Virus record (IMG/VR): IMGVR_UViG_3300043427_003402 | DNA length: 64,000 nt | Source of the DNA: a virus | Direction: 5' to 3' (one strand) | Shown here: positions 27,151 to 36,272 of the stretch, in pieces | Layout: every line of letters begins with the position of its first letter | Position numbering within the stretch: the stretch's first letter is position 1 | The notes under the pieces: model-generated | What the model was told of the DNA's origin: nothing | What the model saw: only the letters and a program-made list of their open reading frames with translations | Databases searched by the model: none | Made by a program: the position numbers and the translations under genes

Positions 27151-27345
27151 TCAGTCACAGTCTTCACACTCGCTGTCGCCGGTCACGCCGATGCCAATGA
27201 GCCTGATACCGTTTAACAGCAACTCTTTGGGTAGGTCTTTGTTTGCTTTAAGCGCCTCGTTGAGGGCGTCCGATACTGTGTCTTGGTTGCCGTCATTCCG
27301 GTCATATTCCAGAATGATGTAGGCATAGAAGCCGGTGCGTTTCAT
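27151..27345 (-). CDS. Hypothetical protein
   Basis: AAGGAG SD. Confidence 0.55.
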   Translation of the reverse strand: MKRTGFYAYIILEYDRNDGNQDTVSDALNEALKANKDLPKELLLNGIRLIGIGVTGDSECEDCD

Positions 27346-27365
27346 GCTTTATCTCCTTTTAAGTA

Positions 27366-27722
27366 CTAGATGGTGATGCCCTCAAGCGTAATTTTTGCCA
27401 CACCTGCACGGCCCACAGGGTAGCCGTCGGGCCAACGCTTGAGAACGACTTCTGCCTCTGGATTACTCGGACCAGGGTCCCACTCTTCGGTAAAGCAGTT
27501 TCGGCCGAACGGGTTGTACTTTACCTTGCGCCCTTCTACAGGCCCTGGGTCACTAATTAAGAACCCTTCAATCCACGCGTTAGTTTTGCCTACACCCACT
27601 TGAAACCGCACGTCAACCAGTGTGATCGTGTCGGTCTGGTCAACTGTTTTCCAGCGCCCGTTAATTTTGCGCTGTACCGACAGGGATTTGTTATTTATGC
27701 GCACTCGCACCCATGTAGTCAT
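27366..27722 (-). CDS. Hypothetical phage protein
   Basis: AGGAGG SD; L.DVRF.V..AWIEG..V.YNPF motif. Confidence 0.65.
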   Translation of the reverse strand: MTTWVRVRINNKSLSVQRKINGRWKTVDQTDTITLVDVRFQVGVGKTNAWIEGFLISDPGPVEGRKVKYNPFGRNCFTEEWDPGPSNPEAEVVLKRWPDGYPVGRAGVAKITLEGITI

Positions 27723-27734
27723 CGCGCCTCCTTT

Positions 27735-27757
27735 CGCCGGATTACCCGCCGGCTCGG
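27735..27757 (-). repeat. 23-bp hairpin motif, copy 2
   Basis: Identical to copy 1; abuts AAAGGAGG SD. Confidence 0.85.
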
Positions 27758-27766
27758 AAGTCTAGT

Positions 27767-28087
27767 CTATCGCGAGTTTTTCTCAGTGATGTACAGAATT
27801 TGCGAAAGGCTTATGTCGTTGTTACTGAAACGTTCCCCTAATGTGAAGCCGTCTTCATCGCGCATTGCCGCTTCGGCCGGCGTGCAGCCGTTTGCAGCAA
27901 GAAGAAACGCGCTTCGCGCGTCCCAACACTTAGCGTCAATGTAGTCTTCGATTGTGTCGACATCAAGATTAGTCTCGTACCATTCTTGGATGGTCTCTTC
28001 GACCTGCCCGCCATGCAGCCAGTCGCCGCCTTGTTCAACAATTCGCTCAATTTGGCTTCGCCTGTTTAAATTCAAGTAAGACGTCAT
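27767..28087 (-). CDS. Acidic hypothetical protein
   Basis: GAGGAG SD. Confidence 0.6.
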   Translation of the reverse strand: MTSYLNLNRRSQIERIVEQGGDWLHGGQVEETIQEWYETNLDVDTIEDYIDAKCWDARSAFLLAANGCTPAEAAMRDEDGFTLGERFSNNDISLSQILYITEKNSR

Positions 28088-28099
28088 TGTTGCTCCTCA

Positions 28100-28122
28100 C
28101 GCCGGATTACCCGCCGGCTCGG
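28100..28122 (-). repeat. 23-bp hairpin motif, copy 3
   Basis: Identical to copy 1; abuts GAGGAG SD. Confidence 0.85.
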
Positions 28123-28243
28123 GCTCGCTCTTAACCTACCGCTTCTTCCTCGTCCAAGACCTCGGCACCGTTTGCGTTTTTAACTGCGATTAGAACTTGC
28201 CGCATAAAGTCGCTACAGGTGATTTGAACGGCTTCCTCTTCGT

Positions 28244-28516
28244 TTAGTATTTGGCCGTCTCCTTTTCAACTAAGCGGAAGAACGCTTCCCAGTCAGCGCC
28301 CTCCACATTGTTGCCACATACCAAATGCGCCAAGTGCGACAGCGTCACCTGAATCGCAGGGTGCGACGAAGACTGCTGGTGCCGCGAAGCAGCGCGCAGC
28401 ATGTCGTGCAGGACCCCCGCCACGGCAATCGGGTTGCACGCCCCTTGCGTGACGTTGTCCGCGTCTTTGACCATTTTGCTTTCCACTTCTTCCCAAGGCA
28501 TATCAGCGTATCTCAT
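28244..28516 (-). CDS. Hypothetical phage protein
   Basis: QGACNP..V..HPA motif; AAGGAG SD. Confidence 0.65.
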   Translation of the reverse strand: MRYADMPWEEVESKMVKDADNVTQGACNPIAVAGVLHDMLRAASRHQQSSSHPAIQVTLSHLAHLVCGNNVEGADWEAFFRLVEKETAKY

Positions 28517-29049
28517 TGTTGTTTCTCCTTAAACAAGCGCCGAAACGTGAACGGCGCACACGTGCGGGCATTCAGCTCGCACTCCCACCCCGTGTCAGCG
28601 TACGCAGAGCGCACACCGTGCTCGCACTCTGCACACGGAACCTTATTTGCAAACCGAGCTTGCGCCGCTATCGTTTCCGCCGAGACAGCCGCGAACTTTT
28701 TCGGCCTGTTTGCAACGGTTGCCGCTGCCGCGGCGCACACCGCAGAGCAGACTTTTTCCGCAGCTATAAGCCCCCGGAACTTTTCGCCACATACCAGACA
28801 GCGCCGCGTAGAAGACCGCGCCTTAGCAGCTTCTTCTCGTGCACACGCTTGGCACATTCCCCTGTGCGTCGCTCGCGCGACCACCTGTGCGGAAAGGGTG
28901 TATGTAGCGCCGCATTCACATTGCTGCTCCACCCTCTCCGTTCTTTTACTGTGCACGTACGCCTTCTGGCACTCTCTGGTGCAGAACCTTTGGCGCACAG
29001 CCCCCTTGACGAACAGCGCGCCGCAATGCGGGCATGTTTCCTCACTCAT
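28513..29049 (-). CDS. Multi-Zn-finger protein
   Basis: Repeated CxxC..F..FCxxxC units. Confidence 0.6.
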   Translation of the reverse strand: MSEETCPHCGALFVKGAVRQRFCTRECQKAYVHSKRTERVEQQCECGATYTLSAQVVARATHRGMCQACAREEAAKARSSTRRCLVCGEKFRGLIAAEKVCSAVCAAAAATVANRPKKFAAVSAETIAAQARFANKVPCAECEHGVRSAYADTGWECELNARTCAPFTFRRLFKEKQQ

Positions 29050-29374
29050 CGGCGCCCGCCTTCTCCTTCGCGGCAACGGTAAGTCGGTACGCAATCGCCT
29101 CCGCCGCACGGTAGACCGCCTTGGCCCGGAAGTCTTGGAAACTGGTGACGCCGTTCGCCCGGTCCAAGAATTCCAACACTGATTCCTCCGAATCGTACGT
29201 CACATCGTCCAGGACCTCCCATATCTCGTCCTCAAACGCGTTGAATAGCTTGTCGATGTCCGCGTAGTAGCACATTCCGTTGTAGCCGGTGTCCGCCCCG
29301 TGTTCGTGCATGTCTTTCAACTGATCGGTGTCAAACTCTTTGCTTAACCACTTTTCAAATGTCAAAGCTTCCAT
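29042..29374 (-). CDS. Small acidic protein (HG..G...YY.D family)
   Basis: HGADTGYNGMCYYAD..F..FEDEI; strongly acidic. Confidence 0.65.
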   Translation of the reverse strand: MEALTFEKWLSKEFDTDQLKDMHEHGADTGYNGMCYYADIDKLFNAFEDEIWEVLDDVTYDSEESVLEFLDRANGVTSFQDFRAKAVYRAAEAIAYRLTVAAKEKAGADE

Positions 29375-29446
29375 CTTTTACTCCTTAAAAGGGCCCGTCG
29401 CAAAACGGGCCCGAGGGGACTGTTGCGCTGCACATTTTGCGCGGCG

Positions 29447-30262
29447 TCAGTGAACGTTAAGCACCAGATCCACGCTTGTTTTCCAGCACCCGCCGCAGTC
29501 AATACACGTGACAATCTTGCCACCTGTGGTCTTTGCAGCTTTTCTGGTTATTTGTTCCGGGCAAAAGAACTTACGAGCTGGCTCAAGTTCTTTTGGGCCA
29601 AAGAACGCCTGCGCCACATCCGGGTGCAGCCGCTCGTGGAAGTCCTCGTCCGTGCTTTGCCGGATTTTCAAGTTCGGCAGGCCCGCACGCAGATAAGCCT
29701 CAAGGATTACTGGGTCTGCGAAGCTTCTTGTGTACCCGTAGAACGCAACACCCGGGAACACCCTCGCAAGGTGTATGTAGCCTTCCATGTGCGGGAGGTT
29801 TGCTATGTCCCCCGCTTCGTGTATCCGAAACACGAAGGGCTCATCAGGGTACTTGGCCATAAGTGTTGCGAGGTCCCGACTCAGCTTGATCATCAGCAGC
29901 CTTGGCTTGTACCGCGCCAAGTACGAGTATAACCGCGGGACAAAATGGCCAGCGTGTAGCCGTAGAGGTGTCACGCCGTCTGCTTCAACATCCCACTTTC
30001 CAGCATTCCAGAGCTGGTCTTTAATCAGCGCGTAGCAGACCGCCGCACACGCTTTGGTAGCAAAAGGACAGTCGTGTAGCGGCAGGCCCTTTGTGCGCAC
30101 CAGCCGGCCAAACCGCCCCTTTATGCCAGTCTTGGTGTTCCCTTCAATAACTAGCGGCAACCAGTCGTCGAAAGGGACTTCCGAAATGTATTTCGCGGCC
30201 CAGGTGTCCACCCGAGCCGCGAAACTTTTAAACTGTCTGTCTGTGTATTCGAGGTACTTCAT
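29447..30262 (-). CDS. GP88-like Cys-rich phage protein
   Basis: CPFATKACAAVCYA; FRIHEAGD; YGYTR; CPEQ..CIDCGGCW. Confidence 0.7.
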   Translation of the reverse strand: MKYLEYTDRQFKSFAARVDTWAAKYISEVPFDDWLPLVIEGNTKTGIKGRFGRLVRTKGLPLHDCPFATKACAAVCYALIKDQLWNAGKWDVEADGVTPLRLHAGHFVPRLYSYLARYKPRLLMIKLSRDLATLMAKYPDEPFVFRIHEAGDIANLPHMEGYIHLARVFPGVAFYGYTRSFADPVILEAYLRAGLPNLKIRQSTDEDFHERLHPDVAQAFFGPKELEPARKFFCPEQITRKAAKTTGGKIVTCIDCGGCWKTSVDLVLNVH

Positions 30263-30639
30263 TGTACCTCCTTACGGAGGTCGTCCGGATCTGTTACGTC
30301 TTCGTAGTAGAGTATCCAGTCCTTAGCCGGCGCAAGCCGTCTGCCCCTGCGCCAGACAAAGAATTCTGTCTCGGGTTCGTCCACCGGCGTTAAGACCTTC
30401 CGCCCGATCGCGCCTTCCGGAAACCGGGTCAAGTGGATGTGTAAGCGGTCTGCCGCTTCGAGCGCCGTCCCGCTGACGAACACTCGCCATGGTGCTTCGT
30501 AGCTCCCCGCGTCGATGTCGACGCAGGTGACAGGGTGACCCAATTTTACCGCCATTTTCAGCAGGCTCAACGACGTCTTCTCGCCGTTAGGGCCCACCGA
30601 CCCGAGATATTGATAGTCTTGGTAGTCTTTGTCTATCAC
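30259..30639 (-). CDS. Hypothetical protein (paralogue of 31513 N-terminus)
   Basis: YLG..G...SL..VT.VDI..Y..P.RV..LAPA.DW.L shared. Confidence 0.65.
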   Translation of the reverse strand: MIDKDYQDYQYLGSVGPNGEKTSLSLLKMAVKLGHPVTCVDIDAGSYEAPWRVFVSGTALEAADRLHIHLTRFPEGAIGRKVLTPVDEPETEFFVWRRGRRLAPAKDWILYYEDVTDPDDLRKEVQ

Positions 30640-30653
30640 GCTCTACTCCTTCC

Positions 30654-30911
30654 TTAGAATGGTATATAGTCTTCCGGGTGCTCTCGTACCCACAGTTGCT
30701 TACCTGTTAGGCAACTTGAGCAGATGTAGGTTTCACCTTCCGCGTCAAGCGCCCAGCCCGCGTCACAGCTGCACTCTGGTTCCCATACCTTAATGTTTGT
30801 TGCGCCGGCTGCAGCAAGCTTGTCAACCTCGGCTAAGACCTCGCTGAAGTCCACCGTGACGAGCTCTTTTTTATCGCCCATAGTGAACGATAGCAATCGC
30901 AGCATTAGCAT
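30654..30911 (-). CDS. Zn-ribbon hypothetical protein (paralogue of 26833)
   Basis: VWEPECSCDAG..CSSCLTG. Confidence 0.6.
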   Translation of the reverse strand: MLMLRLLSFTMGDKKELVTVDFSEVLAEVDKLAAAGATNIKVWEPECSCDAGWALDAEGETYICSSCLTGKQLWVREHPEDYIPF

Positions 30912-31153
30912 CGCGCGCCTGCCAAGGCTACGAACGCGACCCAGTCTACGTCACGGCCCCCAATGTTCTCCACGATGCTCTCTACGCGCACCGCTTCAAA
31001 CCCGGCCGCTTGCGCAGCCTTTAAGGAGATTTCGTGCTTGCCGGCACCTTCCGGCAGCGGTACCGTTTTCCACCGGCCCATGTGGGCTTGCAACTTAACC
31101 CGTGGCGGGTGCTTCTCCGTTGGAGGAAGCACCCGAAAATACATTAGCAGCAT
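30905..31153 (-). CDS. Hypothetical protein (paralogue family of 22432)
   Basis: YFRVLPPTEKHPPRVKL; GGAGAGG SD. Confidence 0.55.
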   Translation of the reverse strand: MLLMYFRVLPPTEKHPPRVKLQAHMGRWKTVPLPEGAGKHEISLKAAQAAGFEAVRVESIVENIGGRDVDWVAFVALAGARC

Positions 31154-31497
31154 TAGCACCCTCTCCTTTCCAGCAAGCCAGCGGCTGCAAAGATTCGTCG
31201 CAGCTGGTGCGCCGTCGGCCGGCGCCCATTGATTTTGTGGATGTGCACCGCCTCCTCGGTACTGTGCCCAGTCCGCGGGTCTAAGTGCGCTTCCATGCAC
31301 GCCCACGTGTGCGCCCACGCGCCCTCCGCAATGATCGGTCCCGAGCACGATAAATGCGTGCACTCTTTGAGCTCGTCTATCAGTTGTCGGAAACTGAGCT
31401 CGTGGTCCTCGTACACGTACCCGTGCGCGGCAAAGTCACCGTGCTCTGCGCTTTCTGGGGTTACTGTTGCGAATGTCCTAGAAACAATGAACTGCAT
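31153..31497 (-). CDS. Conserved hypothetical phage protein
   Basis: VTPESAEHGD motif. Confidence 0.65.
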   Translation of the reverse strand: MQFIVSRTFATVTPESAEHGDFAAHGYVYEDHELSFRQLIDELKECTHLSCSGPIIAEGAWAHTWACMEAHLDPRTGHSTEEAVHIHKINGRRPTAHQLRRIFAAAGLLERRGC

Positions 31498-31512
31498 CGG
31501 TCTTTCCTTTCT

Positions 31513-32145
31513 TTACGCGTTCTTGTGCGCAGCAATTTCGGCTGCACCTGCCAACTGCCGCCACGCCAGCTCCCAAGCTTTTGCGGCCTGCAGTGCCGGG
31601 GCCAAGTCTTTGGGCGCTGCGGGGAAGCTCATCTCCGCTACGCCGTTCGGCCTATTATACGGTGGCGCCCATCCGTACACCCAAGCGTTCCCGTTCTCCC
31701 AAGACAGTTCGAGGTCGTAACCCGGCGCCAACCGCCGCGCCAACCGCCGACATTCACCACCTGCTTCCGTTACCAGCAGCGCAGCGTCTTTGACCTGCTC
31801 CACTGCCAGAAGCCAGTCTTCGGCCGGCGCCAGTTTTTTATTGTTATGGCGAATGATGAATGGCACGTACTCCTCCGCGTCGTCGTCTACCTCCATCAGG
31901 AACATCCGGGCAATCCGCCCGCCCGGATGTTTTTGGCAGTGATCGCGCAGCACTTCGTCCGCCTCGAAAGGAGAGGCGGCCAGCAGCACCCTGTAAGGTT
32001 TGCTATAGCACGCAGGGTTGATGTCAACGGCTGTGACATCGAATCCCGCTCGGAACTCCGCTCGGATCTCCTTCAGCGAGATCCGGTCGCCGTGGGCGTT
32101 AAAACAACCCAGGTAGTAGAACTCGCCGCTTAATCGTCTTTGCAT
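31513..32145 (-). CDS. Hypothetical protein
   Basis: N-terminal domain paralogous to 30259 ORF. Confidence 0.65.
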   Translation of the reverse strand: MQRRLSGEFYYLGCFNAHGDRISLKEIRAEFRAGFDVTAVDINPACYSKPYRVLLAASPFEADEVLRDHCQKHPGGRIARMFLMEVDDDAEEYVPFIIRHNNKKLAPAEDWLLAVEQVKDAALLVTEAGGECRRLARRLAPGYDLELSWENGNAWVYGWAPPYNRPNGVAEMSFPAAPKDLAPALQAAKAWELAWRQLAGAAEIAAHKNA

Positions 32146-32167
32146 TGCTGTTTCCCTTTCTGCCGCC

Positions 32168-32467
32168 CTATTGGGCGGCGGTCTCCTGTGTTGCAGCGGT
32201 TTCGCCGTTAAGGATGCGCGTGGTTTCTGGCCACTCCTTAATCGGCGCGTAATTTATTTTGTCGCAGCGCTTGGCGAAAAATATCGACCGCGCCAAAGCA
32301 ATACCGAGTTCCAATGAGCTCAGGCCCGTAGAGGCGCCGTCCGCCTTATTGTTCGTGAGATACTCAATGCGGTAGTAAGCGTTACCCCGCATCCGGCACT
32401 CGAATGCCTTGATCTGATATTTGCCGCCGCGCGTGGCGTAGTGTGCCACCAAGATGTCGTCAGCCAT
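32168..32467 (-). CDS. Hypothetical protein
   Basis: GGAGG SD; operonic. Confidence 0.6.
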   Translation of the reverse strand: MADDILVAHYATRGGKYQIKAFECRMRGNAYYRIEYLTNNKADGASTGLSSLELGIALARSIFFAKRCDKINYAPIKEWPETTRILNGETAATQETAAQ

Positions 32468-32645
32468 TACTTGCCTCCTCCTCTGCGCAAGGGTTTTCCT
32501 CTACGACGCGGTTCCACACCGCAACGACCCCATCATCAAAAGCGGCTGCCCCTACTGGAGCAGCCGACATGATGGCGAACATTTGCCGTTGCGCCTTTTC
32601 AACCGCCGCACAGTTTGCGCAGCGGTTGCACCTTTTATTTTGCAT
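32460..32645 (-). CDS. Small hypothetical protein with CxxCxxC
   Basis: AGGAG SD; CNRCANC. Confidence 0.55.
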   Translation of the reverse strand: MQNKRCNRCANCAAVEKAQRQMFAIMSAAPVGAAAFDDGVVAVWNRVVEENPCAEEEASNG

Positions 32646-32881
32646 TATTTTTCTCCTATAAAAACCGTATACACCACCACGATCTCTACCCCTTCTGGCC
32701 ACGGGGCCCTGACCACCACCAACGCGCCTTCGCACTCAATGGTGTAACTGTTGCGTGGCAACTTCCTGCCGTCGTAGTAAATTGCCACGTTGCTGGCGCC
32801 CGGAATGTCCGGGAAGCCAGCAGGTTTAATAAACGAGGTCTGACCCTCGTTTGTTTCCACCGCTATTTCGTGCCACTCCAT
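32645..32881 (-). CDS. Hypothetical beta-rich protein
   Basis: Stop/start overlap on both sides. Confidence 0.55.
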   Translation of the reverse strand: MEWHEIAVETNEGQTSFIKPAGFPDIPGASNVAIYYDGRKLPRNSYTIECEGALVVVRAPWPEGVEIVVVYTVFIGEK

Positions 32882-33336
32882 TATTCGACCTCCTGAGCGG
32901 CCACCTGCGGTCTTAGGTTCGGTGGCAGTGCCGGCAAGCGCTTGTATAACTGCGCAAACAGCTGGACGGCTGGCTGCCAGTCTTCGTACTCGCCGTCAGA
33001 CGATACCTCGATGTACTGCGGCGCGTAGTCGTACGCGATCAGCAACACGAGGCACACCATGACATCGTACGGCCTGTGACCCGTCTTGCAGAACGCAAAG
33101 CTCTGCTCAGGCTTGCGCTCGAGCAGAAACGTTTCGTAGTCGTCGGGCGCGAGCCCGTTAAACGCGATCACGTTGTCGTCCAACTGCGGTTTCGTACCTA
33201 ATTCGCCAAAATTACCAGCGAGGAGCAGGGGGCTACCGATCCCCCTGCTCAGAATTTTGTTCACGTCCGTGACCAGCGCCGCCCAAGCAACCTTGGGATA
33301 GGCGCGCTTCTGTTCCCAGTAATGTGTGTAGCCCAT
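32881..33336 (-). CDS. Conserved hypothetical phage protein
   Basis: MGYTHYW..FNG..ETF..FCKT..PYD..V.SDG motif. Confidence 0.75.
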   Translation of the reverse strand: MGYTHYWEQKRAYPKVAWAALVTDVNKILSRGIGSPLLLAGNFGELGTKPQLDDNVIAFNGLAPDDYETFLLERKPEQSFAFCKTGHRPYDVMVCLVLLIAYDYAPQYIEVSSDGEYEDWQPAVQLFAQLYKRLPALPPNLRPQVAAQEVE

Positions 33337-33542
33337 TACTTGACCTCCTTCGACATACGCGCTACCCGCGCTTCGTACACGGCACGCGGATCGGTTTCCT
33401 GCTCGTTCAGCAGCTTTGCGATGTACTCAGCCATCGCGTCCGCATAGCCCGGGTACGTCTCACCCTCCCGGCCTATGCTGATGAACTTTTCTCCGTTGCG
33501 GTATATGTGCCGCCCAGGTTCGATTGTATACACGTTTTGCAT
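33336..33542 (-). CDS. Hypothetical protein
   Basis: AAGGAG SD before ATG 33542. Confidence 0.55.
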   Translation of the reverse strand: MQNVYTIEPGRHIYRNGEKFISIGREGETYPGYADAMAEYIAKLLNEQETDPRAVYEARVARMSKEVK

Positions 33543-33559
33543 TATTCGTCTCCTTTCCG

Positions 33560-33808
33560 TTACGCGGCGCCTTGCTGGACGACCGGATCGAGCGTCCAAA
33601 TTTCAAATTCACCGTACCCTTCGTCTCGGCCGTCTGTTTGTTTCAGCTTGGCCGCCTCACCGGGCCACAGCGCGAGCTCTAACAGCTCATAACTGTCGCC
33701 TAACCAGACGTCAGTTTGCGCGTCGTACACGCGCCTTTTTATAACTTGGACCCAGTACCCGCGCCGCCGCAGCTGTTCCGCTAGATCGCGGTCGTCCCGA
33801 ATAGGCAT
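33560..33808 (-). CDS. Hypothetical protein
   Basis: AAGGA SD before ATG 33808. Confidence 0.55.
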   Translation of the reverse strand: MPIRDDRDLAEQLRRRGYWVQVIKRRVYDAQTDVWLGDSYELLELALWPGEAAKLKQTDGRDEGYGEFEIWTLDPVVQQGAA

Positions 33809-33914
33809 TTTAGCTTTCCTTTCTAAGCCGCGGTCCGCCTTGAGGCAGGGCCGCTGTTGCTCCCTAAATTTCAAATTTCAAATTCGTGCTCGGTGTCCTT
33901 GCTCGCTAGACGGA

Positions 33915-34262
33915 TTAGCCACGGGGCACCTTCGGGTAAATGTGCAGGGACCATGCGTAGCCCTGCTCAGAGTACAGGCCAAGCGCCGCTAGGGCTTGGT
34001 CTATTTTTGTTTGAAGAGAACCGTAGTTCATCTCGGTATACACTGCGCCCTCAAACGTGAGGGTGAGGCACGCCCCGCGCCCGAGCCGCTCGGCGTTAGG
34101 GCTGGTCCCCCATTGGGCCGCGGAGTAGAGTTTGACCATCTCCAGGTCCGCCGGGAAGAAATCCTCCGAGAGGATCTTCCAGACGGCTTTAGCCGCCGCA
34201 GCGGTCTTTTTCGTCTCTGCGGTAATCGCAGCGACGGGGTTTGCTGTTTTAACAGTAGCCAT
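33915..34262 (-). CDS. Hypothetical protein
   Basis: AAGGAG SD. Confidence 0.65.
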   Translation of the reverse strand: MATVKTANPVAAITAETKKTAAAAKAVWKILSEDFFPADLEMVKLYSAAQWGTSPNAERLGRGACLTLTFEGAVYTEMNYGSLQTKIDQALAALGLYSEQGYAWSLHIYPKVPRG

Positions 34263-34572
34263 TTTTTGTGCTCCTTTCTAGTTCGGTTAAACCCTCAATC
34301 ACAAGCGCGGTGCAGCGCACTGGCACAAACCGTGCAACCGCAAAGGTGGGCGGCACCATCTCGCACGCCGCCACCACCTCCGCAGTCACCGTGCGGTATG
34401 CGCTAACCGGTAGCACGTGGGCATGGTACTTCACGCAGTCTAGGTATTGCTGGATCACAGATTGCAATCCACGTAACCCGTTCCGCGCGTCCGCGTGCTC
34501 CCCGCACAATGCTAACGCGGCCTGCAGCTGCCGGTGAAACTGCAGCGCCCCAGTGAGGTTAGGGGACGTCAT
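34249..34572 (-). CDS. Hypothetical protein
   Basis: Overlaps both neighbours. Confidence 0.5.
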   Translation of the reverse strand: MTSPNLTGALQFHRQLQAALALCGEHADARNGLRGLQSVIQQYLDCVKYHAHVLPVSAYRTVTAEVVAACEMVPPTFAVARFVPVRCTALVIEGLTELERSTKNGYC

Positions 34573-35060
34573 TTGCCGCCCCCTAACTTGCAGCTGAATG
34601 CCCACACCGTTTTGGTTTCAGTTAGAACGTGCCCGTCCAGCTGGTCTAGGGTGTCCGGGGCTAGCGTTTTGTGCTTGACGCCCAATTTGACTAGGTCGCG
34701 CAACGCCGCCGCATCGACCTTTTCGGCGACCACTTGAGAATAGAGTTGGGGTGCCAATTCCCGGACGGCCGCTGGGTCGTACACCTTGGTTTCACGAGCG
34801 GTGTAACCCACCGTGCCGTAGGGCGTGTGAGTTATGCCCTCACCTTTCTCGCAGAGCTTCCGCAGCTCTTCGTCAGCGCCTTTCAGCGCTTTTTGGAATT
34901 CTGCCAGTTTTTGGCCGACCGGGGTGGCGTCGATGACCGCCTGCAGCTTGGCTGCCTCGGCCGACAACTCGGCCACCTCGGCCATCAGGGCCAAGATTTT
35001 CTCTTGCGGCGTTACCGGTGCCGCTTGTTCTATCGCCTTCTTTTTTGTTTTCGTGACCAT
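34569..35060 (-). CDS. Coiled-coil protein, possibly Gam-like host-nuclease inhibitor fold
   Basis: AGGAGG SD; N-terminal coiled coil, then TPYGTVGY..K.D...L. Confidence 0.45.
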   Translation of the reverse strand: MVTKTKKKAIEQAAPVTPQEKILALMAEVAELSAEAAKLQAVIDATPVGQKLAEFQKALKGADEELRKLCEKGEGITHTPYGTVGYTARETKVYDPAAVRELAPQLYSQVVAEKVDAAALRDLVKLGVKHKTLAPDTLDQLDGHVLTETKTVWAFSCKLGGGK

Positions 35061-35074
35061 GGTTTCCTCCTTCT

Positions 35075-35212
35075 CTAAGGGAACATCCTGCGGTAGCCGT
35101 CGGCTACCTCTTTGGCGACCGCCGGAGGTACGCCGTCCGCCTTCGCCGACTCTTCGATGACGACGGGCAGCACGTGTTTTGCGACTGCGTAGATCACGGC
35201 TAATAAGTCCAT
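35075..35212 (-). CDS. 45-aa hypothetical protein (not in ORF track)
   Basis: MDLLAVIYAVAKHVLPVVIEESAKADGVPPAVAKEVADGYRRMFP; fills the gap in the operon, purine-rich SD. Confidence 0.5.
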   Translation of the reverse strand: MDLLAVIYAVAKHVLPVVIEESAKADGVPPAVAKEVADGYRRMFP

Positions 35213-35383
35213 TACCTTTTCTTCCTTTCAAACTCCACGCACGCTTGTGTCGTGGGCGTATTACCAAACGCGCTGCACGGTTTGTCGCATTCAAGCAGAG
35301 CGATCACCTCCGCCGTCAACGACCCGATCCCGTGCAGCGCGATTGGGGCCTTCTCTAAATACACACAGTCGCCGCAGCTGCGG

Positions 35384-35872
35384 CTACCCTTGGCCGCGGG
35401 TGGCCGTTTCTGCATCCACGGCAACCGCCGTTTTAGCCGGCCGACCCCGCCGGGGGAGGACGCCGAGCGCTTGCGCGCTTTTGGCGTCCAACTCGAGCGG
35501 CACCCCCTTAGCCGCTCTGACTTTGACCTTTATCTGGGGCAGGGGTGGCGCCTCGGGCGTTTTACCCGCCAGTACATCCTCGACGTACTGGAGGTAACGA
35601 ACTGCCAATCGCTGGTACTCCAGCAACTTGGCGTGATCAACACTTGCACTCACCCCAGGATGTTTCAACGCCTCTTGGATGCTGGCCCAGTCGGCGTCGA
35701 ACGCCGGGTCTTGGAGCATCGCGACCAAGCCCTGCGCCAATTTCTTGGCGTCAGCCAGGTTTGCTGCCTCAGCAGACCCCTTTTCCGGCCGCGTCACCAT
35801 CGCGGCCTCAATCGTCGCCCACGCCTCAGCAGCCCTGCCGCCGAGGCTTAAGAGTTTTTGCTTAACAAGCAT
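35384..35872 (-). CDS. Hypothetical protein with C-terminal RRGRP (AT-hook-like) motif
   Basis: GGAGG SD; PRRGRPAK. Confidence 0.6.
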   Translation of the reverse strand: MLVKQKLLSLGGRAAEAWATIEAAMVTRPEKGSAEAANLADAKKLAQGLVAMLQDPAFDADWASIQEALKHPGVSASVDHAKLLEYQRLAVRYLQYVEDVLAGKTPEAPPLPQIKVKVRAAKGVPLELDAKSAQALGVLPRRGRPAKTAVAVDAETATRGQG

Positions 35873-36272
35873 GCTTGACCTCCTCTTTTACCAAGGCGGA
35901 CATCGCCGCCCACATCGCCCGCAGAGCCGGGCTACGCCGCACCACACCGATCCCGGCAGTGGTGCGAACTGCGTTACGCAGCTCACCCCCGAGCCCAAGC
36001 ATTACCGCTGCGGGCCCGACCACCGTGAGCACTTCCAGCGCCCACATAGTGTAAGCCTCCGGCGTCCACGCCACCACCGGCATCCCGAATGGCCCAAAGA
36101 GCCACTCGCGCAAAACCTTTTTGCCCCCACCCGGGGACGGGGAAGCGGCAGCTTTTTGCAGCTGGGGCACCAGTTCCTTGGCTAGCAGTTGGAACTCCGC
36201 CAGCCGATCCACCGTGATCAGCCCTTCGTTGATTGCCGCTTCGATTGCTTCACCTGCGTATGCGTTGACCAT
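35862..36272 (-). CDS. Hypothetical protein
   Basis: GAGGAGG SD. Confidence 0.6.
   Translation of the reverse strand: MVNAYAGEAIEAAINEGLITVDRLAEFQLLAKELVPQLQKAAASPSPGGGKKVLREWLFGPFGMPVVAWTPEAYTMWALEVLTVVGPAAVMLGLGGELRNAVRTTAGIGVVRRSPALRAMWAAMSALVKEEVKHAC

Noticed and set aside
28130-28245. Short frame ILNEEEAV..LDEEEAVG in an intergenic gap
   Set aside because: Possibly a gene remnant, but too short and without a convincing start to call.
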